From assembly GCA_963665275.2 (NCBI GenBank), contig CAXXIN010000007.1, positions 96,001-160,000 on the forward strand: 64,000 bases of DNA, written 5' to 3'. Made by a program: the position numbers and the translations under genes. Within the stretch, counting starts at the first letter, position 1. Every line of letters begins with the position of its first letter. Positions 30,272 through 38,125 of the stretch are shown piece after piece. The notes beneath the pieces were generated by a model. That model searched no databases. It was not told the DNA's origin and saw nothing but the letters and a program-made list of their open reading frames with translations. The stretch comes from Negativicutes bacterium. Its GTDB lineage: Bacteria; Bacillota; Negativicutes; UBA1444.

Positions 30272-31146
30272 TACATCTGATCCATCAGATCGATAATCGG
30301 TGATGCTTTATCTTTCAATAGCCCGTTGTTCAGCTTGCCAATATTTTCGGTTAGCACTTCTTCATTGTAATCCTTCCATGAAGTTGCCGCTCCTACTGCC
30401 CCGCCGATACGTTGTGGCATCAACGCTTCGATCATTTTAAAGTCGCTGAAAGTACCACGCGCACGATTATGTTCCGTATAAAACGCGTGACGAACATTCA
30501 CTTGGGATCGTATATAAGACGCAGTTTCCGAATAGGCATGAGGAATCAACTTAAAGAGCAAATCAATATCCTTTTTCGTGCAATGCGTTTTGTACGCCGC
30601 TGTAGCGTTGATGAAAAATGGCATAGCATACAAACCATAGGACACAATTCTAAATGCAAGTGGAGCCATTCCTTTGCTCTTGTCATCTTCAACCGGAAGG
30701 ATTTTTGTGGTAGTCATACGCTCGATTTTTACGGGATCAAGCGAAACACCCAATCCGAACTGAACTACGCCGGTCGTTATGAAAGATTTTGCTTCGTCAG
30801 TCTGTTCCTCAAGAAACGTTGTTCCAAAGACGCGAACATCCCAATATTTCGCAGTTATTTCATCAGGTGACATAACCTTAACATCAGTTCGTTTTGTATC
30901 TTTACTTTCCAAAACATCAAAGCCTTGATTGGGTAGCTTAAGCTCTTGGGCGATATCTTTCCAAAATGGCGATTCCTTTTCCGACACCAAATCACGCAGT
31001 TTTCTTTTGAAGGACACCGGGGAAATTTCACCGCGACCATCTTGGCGAGTACGCGGATCACTTTCACGGTCGGGATCACCGTTGGGATTTGAACTGATGG
31101 CTTCGATCAGCAGTAAACCCGTTCCTCTGTTGATTTGTTCAGTCAT
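30271..31146 (-). CDS. cas7: Cas7 (Csd2-like) backbone subunit
   Basis: NPNGDPD..DPR, SFKRKLRD, YWDVRVFG, TGVVQFG; SD AAGGAGG before ATG 31146. Confidence 0.92.
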   Translation of the reverse strand: MTEQINRGTGLLLIEAISSNPNGDPDRESDPRTRQDGRGEISPVSFKRKLRDLVSEKESPFWKDIAQELKLPNQGFDVLESKDTKRTDVKVMSPDEITAKYWDVRVFGTTFLEEQTDEAKSFITTGVVQFGLGVSLDPVKIERMTTTKILPVEDDKSKGMAPLAFRIVSYGLYAMPFFINATAAYKTHCTKKDIDLLFKLIPHAYSETASYIRSQVNVRHAFYTEHNRARGTFSDFKMIEALMPQRIGGAVGAATSWKDYNEEVLTENIGKLNNGLLKDKASPIIDLMDQM

Positions 31147-31537
31147 GATTTTCATCCTCCTTCTTTTCATAAGGGATCGCAGCCAAGTAGCCCAATAGCA
31201 CTTGCGCCTGTTCTGCTGGAGAAAATGTTTCAGACAGTTCATTTGCTGAGATTTTTAAACTGACTTCCGAGAACCGCGCAAGAATCCATTTTGCCAGCCC
31301 TGCTCCCTCACCTGTTGATGTATCTGCCCAAGCCAAATAGATTTTCATGCGATCTCTTAAGCGGAGAACTCCTTCCACAGGATTTTCCGAGGCTATCGCC
31401 AACATTTCATTTCCCATAAGTTGAGTCGGCAGCGGCTTTTTTTCGTTTCCTCCGTTACGCACTTGCACACAGTACTGCTTATGCAGCATATCTGCAAGCT
31501 TAAGAAACTGACCCACATTAAACGGTGCATCCAACAT
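31139..31537 (-). CDS. cas11: Probable Cas11 small subunit from an internal start in cas8 (132 aa)
   Basis: AGAAAGGAGAAGTACATG: SD with 6-nt spacing before in-frame ATG (codon 567 of cas8). Confidence 0.7.
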   Translation of the reverse strand: MLDAPFNVGQFLKLADMLHKQYCVQVRNGGNEKKPLPTQLMGNEMLAIASENPVEGVLRLRDRMKIYLAWADTSTGEGAGLAKWILARFSEVSLKISANELSETFSPAEQAQVLLGYLAAIPYEKKEDENHD

Positions 31538-33235
31538 GTACTTCTCCTTTCTGACGCCAAGACGCCATAACAAAATTGAGATGAGGGAAATGAACATACA
31601 TAAGTTTTTAATCTGCTTGGAAAATGCCTCTGAAGCATTTAATGGATACGGGAATTGAGCGATTATTTGTTGACCAATATCTCCCAACAGCCCTTGGACT
31701 TTCCAAACCGATTTTTGGATGAAATTAGAAAGCAAATCGGAGTCTGAGAACTCCGTCTCGGACTGTGGCATATACAACCGATAAACTTCATGGAGAGAAA
31801 CAGCACTTTGTTTGAGCGGTTTCGCTGAACCAGAACGAGTGTAATGCAATTTCATAATTTGAAGAATTTCATTGGGACCGGGACATATCGGTTTATATTC
31901 TCGAATACCGGTTTTATCTTTAACACGAATACTTATCGGCGGACAGTTTTTTGATTCATCCGACCATGCAAGCAAGTTGTTACAAAAATTCTGTACCGAA
32001 AGTGAGTTTCCATAAACAATCTGCTTGCGTCCCGGATCAAGAGTTTCAAGTATAATCAAATTGATTTTTGAGTGAGGGTTTTTTTCGACAATATTTTTGA
32101 CATTTCCAATCACCTGTTGGCATAATACATCAAACGCCGATGCCATTTCTTCATAGTCCGACGGATCATCTAATATCTTTGCAAGAAACGCTTCATTTTG
32201 TGGATCATCAGTCAAATATGCAAGTAGTAAATTGGGCTTATCACGATTACTATCCGAAACAGCTTTCCATGTTTTGCCTACTCTTTCCTTATGCGTCAAG
32301 AATGCGAGCGCATCACTGATCATTGCGACTTCATCTTTACCCGCTTGAAACCCTTTGGTCCCGTTCATCTCATAACGAACTAAACAAGGAATATCAGCAT
32401 TTTTCGCGTACAAATATGTTTGCCCAAGAATCGGGATGTTGGGATTAGGAAACTTTTCACCTATACCATCCTGACTCTTTCCTGAAAGCACACCCCGCAA
32501 AGATCGCGTTGTCTGCTTTTCCAACAAATTTTGTTGGTTGAGTAGCGCAATTAAAGCATGCAAAGTGTCTTGATCAATCACCTTATTGCGAAAATTGCTT
32601 GTTTCATACACGTCGTAATAGGTCATGCAACCTGCAACATACTGTTTTGATTTTTTATCCCAAGTACCTACAAGTATTTCCTTGATAAAATCAATGTTTT
32701 TTTCATCGCCACAAGTCGGAATGTAATCCTTTAGAAACAATACGAGTTTATTCTCGAACTGCACTGCTTCGGTTGATTTGGGAAAGCAACCAATCAACTG
32801 CCGAAATGAGGCTAATTCACTGTTATCACTTAGCAAAACCGGTCTCAACTCGTTCAGCGACCATTCGGAAATATGGAGGCCTAACTCTGCTTCATTTAAT
32901 TTATCCAAACACAAGGATGATAGCAGAGATCTTTTGAGAGGAACTGCGGATTTCTTCCAAATAGCATCATCTATTTTTTCACTCTCATCAACGGACAACA
33001 ATGGTTTCTGAATTCTTATCGCCGGAAACGAGTTATGATTCCCCTTACTATGTTTCCATAAACGAGAAGTATCATCTTTCTGTAAAAAGCGAATCGCGCG
33101 AACGATTCCGCATCGGTCAAGTTCAATCAGCATGCACATAGACTTTCCAACAGTGCCTATACTGGGATGCGTTGTAGATTGCAACAGTCCGTGATGATCC
33201 AGTGCAACTGCAAGTTCATACAATTCATTAAGCAT
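31139..33235 (-). CDS. cas8c: Divergent Cas8c-like large subunit
   Basis: 698 aa between cas5 and cas7 with overlapping ends; MLNELY start; helical C-terminus ending EQAQVLLGY; few canonical Csd1 motifs recognisable. Confidence 0.75.
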   Translation of the reverse strand: MLNELYELAVALDHHGLLQSTTHPSIGTVGKSMCMLIELDRCGIVRAIRFLQKDDTSRLWKHSKGNHNSFPAIRIQKPLLSVDESEKIDDAIWKKSAVPLKRSLLSSLCLDKLNEAELGLHISEWSLNELRPVLLSDNSELASFRQLIGCFPKSTEAVQFENKLVLFLKDYIPTCGDEKNIDFIKEILVGTWDKKSKQYVAGCMTYYDVYETSNFRNKVIDQDTLHALIALLNQQNLLEKQTTRSLRGVLSGKSQDGIGEKFPNPNIPILGQTYLYAKNADIPCLVRYEMNGTKGFQAGKDEVAMISDALAFLTHKERVGKTWKAVSDSNRDKPNLLLAYLTDDPQNEAFLAKILDDPSDYEEMASAFDVLCQQVIGNVKNIVEKNPHSKINLIILETLDPGRKQIVYGNSLSVQNFCNNLLAWSDESKNCPPISIRVKDKTGIREYKPICPGPNEILQIMKLHYTRSGSAKPLKQSAVSLHEVYRLYMPQSETEFSDSDLLSNFIQKSVWKVQGLLGDIGQQIIAQFPYPLNASEAFSKQIKNLCMFISLISILLWRLGVRKEKYMLDAPFNVGQFLKLADMLHKQYCVQVRNGGNEKKPLPTQLMGNEMLAIASENPVEGVLRLRDRMKIYLAWADTSTGEGAGLAKWILARFSEVSLKISANELSETFSPAEQAQVLLGYLAAIPYEKKEDENHD

Positions 33236-33830
33236 AGTGCAGCACCCCTTTGTCGATCATTACATTCTGCGTAAACTTTGGGGCAACTGACCCTGCGGTT
33301 GGTTGATCGTACATCGTATTAAGCATAGATGGAATGACAAGGCTAATAGACGTATCTGCAAAGGTTTCCGCGCGAATTGGGCCGAAATAGGTCGGTACAA
33401 ATTCTTTCCAACCCAAAAATGGAGTGGAGTGAAGATGCCCTGAGGCAAGTCTGCGCATAAATACTTCTTGTAGCTGATGCTGCGGATTGTTTCCTGTTCG
33501 TGGCGGCGATTTCGAGAGAATCACGCCACGTATTTTATAGCAGACATTTTCAAGTACGGTTGCGAAGATCTGAAAATTGTTTGTACCGCTTTTTTTAAGT
33601 GGTCCACCATAATTTGTCGTATACTTATGAAATACAATTGGGTTACAAATTTCAACGCTCTGTGGCTCAAAGTACGCCATTTTTGACATAACAACACATT
33701 CAAAAATAGATTTAAGGGCCGATTTGGTAGGTGCCTGATACGACACCGGAGAAGATCCAGTATCGGGCCGCGTGAACATTGCTGCAGGCCCTGCAATTTC
33801 ATACGCGACCTGATACGCTTTTTCAATCAT
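33228..33830 (-). CDS. cas5: Cas5 (Cas5d/Cas5c type)
   Basis: GPAAMFTRP, VSYQAPTKSALKSIF, PFLGWKEF; no cas6 in the locus. Confidence 0.9.
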   Translation of the reverse strand: MIEKAYQVAYEIAGPAAMFTRPDTGSSPVSYQAPTKSALKSIFECVVMSKMAYFEPQSVEICNPIVFHKYTTNYGGPLKKSGTNNFQIFATVLENVCYKIRGVILSKSPPRTGNNPQHQLQEVFMRRLASGHLHSTPFLGWKEFVPTYFGPIRAETFADTSISLVIPSMLNTMYDQPTAGSVAPKFTQNVMIDKGVLHYA

Positions 33831-33925
33831 ACAACCCCTTCCTTTCAATTTTCACGTCAATTTTTTCTTTCCCTGAAATGTGTTTTTTGATCAAACCTGT
33901 GTAAATTCCCCCGTTTTTTACCCAC

Positions 33926-33966
33926 GTATCATTGATATGGGAAACATTTACCCATATCAATGATAC
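33926..33966. repeat. Perfect 16-bp inverted repeat upstream of cas5
   Basis: GTATCATTGATATGGG-aaacattta-CCCATATCAATGATAC. Confidence 0.9.
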
Positions 33967-34019
33967 CCAAGTTAAAAATACTGATTGACAACCCCATTCT
34001 TACCCGCCCACATAAAGAA

Positions 34020-34061
34020 ACGCCTCCCGTTTCGAACCGCGCAGGTCCATACGAGAGGCGT
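34020..34061. repeat. 42-bp hairpin repeat, copy 2
   Basis: ACGCCTCCCGTTTCGAACCGCGCAGGTCCATACGAGAGGCGT. Confidence 0.8.
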
Positions 34062-34236
34062 CCGTGAAAGTGACAGCATGCAATATCATCACCTGTCTTC
34101 CCTGGATGGAATATTGTCCCTATTTTAGGGTTCGCCATACAGGTATGATGTCCTGCCATTTTAAAATATTTTTTTGTTCCTCCAATTTTATAACTCCACC
34201 CCATCCGGGCAAAGCTCGGCGATCAATCCTTCCAGT

Positions 34237-34656
34237 TTACTCATCCGCATTGCCGCCTTTCTGCAACAGCAGCTTCACTTCACGGTCAAAATCCGAAGTG
34301 ATCTTTTGCCTTTTATTAAATTCAGCATATTCCGCTTCCGCTTTTTCAACAGCCATTTGTTTTGAAATCTTCCCTTTATCGGATAAGATTTCATATTTAC
34401 GAAAAGCCAAAAACTCATTGATGCTAGTAGCAAATTCCTTCATCGTGAAGGAATTCTCCCGCTCGATCAAATCTTCTATGTAATCAAAATAGCCTGATAC
34501 AGCGCGTTCCAGCCGCCTGATCTGCGTTTCGAGCACCCTCCTGCTGAACTACCGAGAATTCCTCGGTAGTTGCCGTTTCATCCAATTTTTCTCGGCATAT
34601 ATGTTTTTCAAGTGCAGGGATATGTTGTCTGTTGAACAACCAAAGAGGTCTGCCAT
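34237..34656 (-). pseudogene. rhuM: RhuM-family remnant with internal deletion
   Basis: N-part MADLFGCSTDNISLHLKNIY...ATTEEFSVVQQEG abuts, out of frame, C-part RRLERAVSGYFDYIE...GKISK...AEAEY...SDFD; the middle of the protein is missing. Confidence 0.75.
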
Positions 34657-34677
34657 TCTAAAATAATTTTTGTTCTC

Positions 34678-35676
34678 TTACCGATTTCTGAGTTTAAACT
34701 GCGGGTCCAGTACTTCTTCCAACCGATCCGTGGCTGTGCCTGGGTGCTGCGACAAACTGGAAATCCGCTCGCGCAGCGCGGCATCCATGGTGAAGTCGGC
34801 GGCAGCGAGTGAATCCTGCAATTGTGTCACATTGCGAGCCCCAATGATCGGCGCGGTGATACCCGGATGGGATTTGACCCAGCTGATGGCCAATGTTCCT
34901 GGTCGTACGCCGATTTCCTGCGCCAACTGTGCGAATCGCCCGGCCACCTCGTAATATTCGGTCGTGCTGTAGCGCTGACTATACTGGTCTTTCTCGACGA
35001 TCCGGCCGGAAACCGGTTTGACGCCTGCCGCGTATTTTCCAGTCAGCAATCCGGCCGCCAGCGGGCTGTATGAGATGACCCCCAGCTGCTCAGACTCGGC
35101 CAGCGGCAGGATTTCGACCTCCGCCTGCCGTTTTACCAGATTGTACATCGGTTCGATGCATTCGAACCGGGCCAGACCGGCGCGCTCGGAAATCCCCAGC
35201 GCTTTGGCGATCTGCCAGGCCGCCCAGTTGCTCACACCAAGGTACAGAACTTTGCCCTGGCGCACCAAGTCATCGAGTGCGCGGAGCGTTTCGTCCATCG
35301 GCGTCAATGGATCAAAATGGTGAATGAAATAAAGATCGATCCGGTCTGTTTGCAGACGCGTGAGACTCTGTTCGATGGCCTGCATGATATGCCGCCGCGA
35401 CGACCCCAGCGCATTGACGTCCTGGCCGATGCGTTGCGAAGCTTTGCTGGTGATGACCAAATCATCCCGGCAGCCCTTGATCAATTTGCCGAGAATGGTT
35501 TCAGCTTTCCCGCCGCTATAGTTGTTGGCACAGTCGAAGAAGTTGATGCCTGCGTCACGGCACTGTTTGAACATGAGACCGGATTCTTCCTCATTGGCTT
35601 CGCTGCCAAACGACATCGTGCCAAAGCACAGTTCCGATACGAGAACACCGGTTCTGCCTAATGTTTTGTACAGCAT
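34678..35676 (-). CDS. Aldo/keto reductase
   Basis: LCFGTM, FDCANNY, SLTRLQTDRIDLY, GVSN, YSPLAAGLLTGKY. Confidence 0.93.
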   Translation of the reverse strand: MLYKTLGRTGVLVSELCFGTMSFGSEANEEESGLMFKQCRDAGINFFDCANNYSGGKAETILGKLIKGCRDDLVITSKASQRIGQDVNALGSSRRHIMQAIEQSLTRLQTDRIDLYFIHHFDPLTPMDETLRALDDLVRQGKVLYLGVSNWAAWQIAKALGISERAGLARFECIEPMYNLVKRQAEVEILPLAESEQLGVISYSPLAAGLLTGKYAAGVKPVSGRIVEKDQYSQRYSTTEYYEVAGRFAQLAQEIGVRPGTLAISWVKSHPGITAPIIGARNVTQLQDSLAAADFTMDAALRERISSLSQHPGTATDRLEEVLDPQFKLRNR

Positions 35677-35722
35677 GGTTCCAGCCCTCCTATTTTAAAT
35701 CGTCTATATTGTTTTGGTCGGG

Positions 35723-36325
35723 TTACTTTTCCCCATACCACCGCAGCGCCTTTTTCACCACACCCGCCTGTTCCTGTTCCGCCCGGCGGATGATCTCGGC
35801 GCAGGCATTAGCATCGCTGGCGGCGTCATGGTGATCGAGAGGAATCGCGAGGTGGGAAGCGACCGTCTGCAGTTGGTGATTGGCGAGGAACGGCCAGGTC
35901 CGACGGGCTACGGTGACCGAGTCGATGGAGCCTCCCTGCCAAAAACCAAGGTGATAATACTTGACCAGTGCAAAGAATACTCCCAAATCAAAGCGGACAT
36001 TGTGGGCGGCAATCACGTTGTTAACCAGATAGGGACCGATTTGCGGCCACAGTTGCCCGAAGTCCGCTTCCCTCGCCACATCGCGCCAGGTGATTCCATG
36101 GATGTAGGTGAACACAAATTGATCCGTCGGCGGCCTGATCATCCAGGATCGCCGTTCGATGATCTCTCCTGCGCGCACTACGACCAGGCCGAGCTGGCAG
36201 GCGCTGTCCGGTGATTGATTGGCAGTCTCGAAATCTATAGCGGTAAAATCAGGAAATAGAGACGCCTCCCGTTCCAAACCGTGCAGGCTCGGACGAAAGG
36301 CGTTTTTATTCGTTGCATTATTCAT
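35723..36325 (-). CDS. DEDDh 3'-5' exonuclease (DnaQ-like)
   Basis: IDFETAN, AHNVRFD, HHDAASDA; start codon uncertain. Confidence 0.88.
   Translation of the reverse strand: MNNATNKNAFRPSLHGLEREASLFPDFTAIDFETANQSPDSACQLGLVVVRAGEIIERRSWMIRPPTDQFVFTYIHGITWRDVAREADFGQLWPQIGPYLVNNVIAAHNVRFDLGVFFALVKYYHLGFWQGGSIDSVTVARRTWPFLANHQLQTVASHLAIPLDHHDAASDANACAEIIRRAEQEQAGVVKKALRWYGEK
36262..36303. repeat. 42-bp hairpin repeat, copy 3 (within the 5' end of the exonuclease ORF)
   Basis: ACGCCTCCCGTTCCAAACCGTGCAGGCTCGGACGAAAGGCGT. Confidence 0.7.
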
Positions 36326-36419
36326 CAGGCTCACCTTTCTTTTCCGGCTCAATTTTCATTCATTTAGATTCGCCGGATCGGTGCGGGTTTCCTCCCGTAG
36401 CCTGTTATTTCCGCTCTTT

Positions 36420-37415
36420 TTACAGAGCAACTTTGAGTCCCAAGTCGTCGATCATCTGGTTGTCCAGTTCCGTTCCGCGTCCCGCCGTGGTAAGGTAGCC
36501 ACCTACCAACATTCCGTTGGCCCCGCCGAACAAGGCCATAGATTGAAGGTCACGCAAGTTTTTTTCGCGCCCGCCAGCTGTCCGTATCACGGCATGAGGC
36601 AGGATAAACCGAAACAACGCCAGCGTCTTGAGGATATCCAGAGGTGGCAGCGGTGGTGCGGACTCCATCCGGGTTCCCCGAACGGGGGTCAGCACATTCA
36701 CCGGCACACAGCCGATTCCCATGGCGCGCAGCTCAAAAGCCATATCTATGCGTTGGGCGAGACTCTCGCCCATTCCTATGATACCACCGCTGCATACCGC
36801 GAGGCCCGCCTCCTGCGCCACGCTGATGGTGCGGGTGCGGTCCTCGTAAGTATGAGTGCGGCAGATGGAGGCGTAATATTCCTTACTGGTCTCAACGTTG
36901 TGGTGATAGCGTTCGATCCCGGCAGCCCCCAGCCGCTGGGCCTGTTCCGCCGTCAGCGAACCGAGGGAAGCGCACAGTTTCAGCTGGGTCTCCTCCTTGA
37001 TCCGGCGATAGGTTTCGATGATCCTCTCGAAGTTCTCCGCTTCCTGGGCATCATCCATGCCACGCCCGCTGAGCACGACGGAAAAATGGCTTACGCCCGC
37101 GGCTTCCACAGTTTTTGCATAACGCACCATCTCCTCGGTATCCATGAGGGGATATACGGCTACGCCTGTCTGATGATGCACCGACTGGGCGCAATAGGCG
37201 CAATCTTCGCTGCAATGCCCCGACCGGCCGTTGAGAATCGAACACAGATGGACTTCATCGCCCTGATATTGTTGCCGGATGGAATTGGCGGCCGCCAGCA
37301 AATAGGGGAGCTCAATATCAGCTACGGTAGACAGTTCCTGCGCCTCGGTAATCAAAAGGTCTTCGCCGTTTAACACTTTTTGCGTAAGTTCGTCGATTCG
37401 TTTACGCATGCTCAT
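36420..37415 (-). CDS. bioB: Biotin synthase
   Basis: CSEDCAYCAQS, HHNVETS, CSGGIIGMGES, GGYLTTAG. Confidence 0.96.
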   Translation of the reverse strand: MSMRKRIDELTQKVLNGEDLLITEAQELSTVADIELPYLLAAANSIRQQYQGDEVHLCSILNGRSGHCSEDCAYCAQSVHHQTGVAVYPLMDTEEMVRYAKTVEAAGVSHFSVVLSGRGMDDAQEAENFERIIETYRRIKEETQLKLCASLGSLTAEQAQRLGAAGIERYHHNVETSKEYYASICRTHTYEDRTRTISVAQEAGLAVCSGGIIGMGESLAQRIDMAFELRAMGIGCVPVNVLTPVRGTRMESAPPLPPLDILKTLALFRFILPHAVIRTAGGREKNLRDLQSMALFGGANGMLVGGYLTTAGRGTELDNQMIDDLGLKVAL

Positions 37416-37977
37416 GTTGCGTCTCCCTCTGGGCGAAACCCGCCCGTTGGAGCGCCTTCCACAGGATAGGCGTCAGCCAGGCCGCCAAAACAATTTTCGC
37501 CAGATCAAACAGTATAAACGGATATACGGCGATAGTCAGAGCCTGCTGCACAGTCATCGGTTTTTGCAGGAAGAAGGCAAAACTGGCCATGAATCCGATT
37601 AACCCTATCGCATATGCTACAGTCATGCCGACCACCATGGCCGCTCCGATACGCACCCGTGAGCTTGCCTGATTCCGGGTCATGACCCCTACAAGCCAGG
37701 CGCAAATCACAAAGCCGGGCAAATATCCGCCAGTTGGCCCCAGCAGCACCATCGGCCCCGCTTTTCCTCCAGCGAAGACCGGCAGCCCAAAGGTGCCAAG
37801 CAATATCCAGATCACGACGCTGAGCGCTCCCATTCTGGGCCCGAGAACCGCACCGGTCAACACGATGAAAAAAACTTGCAGGGTAACAGGTACCGGACCG
37901 ATTGGAAAAATAATATAAGAGCTGACGCAGAGTAGAGCCGCGAAGAGTGAAACCAACATCTTTTGGCGTAGGGTCAT
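37402..37977 (-). CDS. bioY: Biotin transporter BioY
   Basis: PVPVTLQ, GLPVFAGG, GPTGGYL. Confidence 0.95.
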   Translation of the reverse strand: MTLRQKMLVSLFAALLCVSSYIIFPIGPVPVTLQVFFIVLTGAVLGPRMGALSVVIWILLGTFGLPVFAGGKAGPMVLLGPTGGYLPGFVICAWLVGVMTRNQASSRVRIGAAMVVGMTVAYAIGLIGFMASFAFFLQKPMTVQQALTIAVYPFILFDLAKIVLAAWLTPILWKALQRAGFAQRETQHEHA

Positions 37978-37991
37978 GAAAAAAATCCTCC

Positions 37992-38083
37992 TTGTAAACC
38001 TATGAACGCTTTTTAATTTACAATAAGGATTATATCGCTATGCAATTCGTTTGTAAATATTGTTTTTATATTTTAGTTTACAT
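37992..38083. promoter_or_regulatory. Tandem BirA operators
   Basis: TTGTAAACC-N14-AATTTACAA (37992-38023) and TTGTAAATA-N15-AGTTTACAT (38051-38083) upstream of bioYB. Confidence 0.7.
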
Positions 38084-38125
38084 TAAATATTGCACATGAA
38101 AATTTCTCTAAAGAATAAACTTTTC

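Noticed and set aside
33841-33856. CTTTCAATTTTCACG resembling the repeat end upstream of cas5 (CreTA-like)
   Set aside because: No hairpin, and it overlaps the cas5 ribosome-binding region
33929-34204. 91-aa ORF upstream of cas5 as an accessory cas or toxin gene
   Set aside because: No recognisable motif, and it runs through two hairpin elements; cannot be supported
26053-36400. CRISPR-associated transposon or prophage
   Set aside because: No tns, integrase, transposase or phage genes in the window, and cas3 is intact
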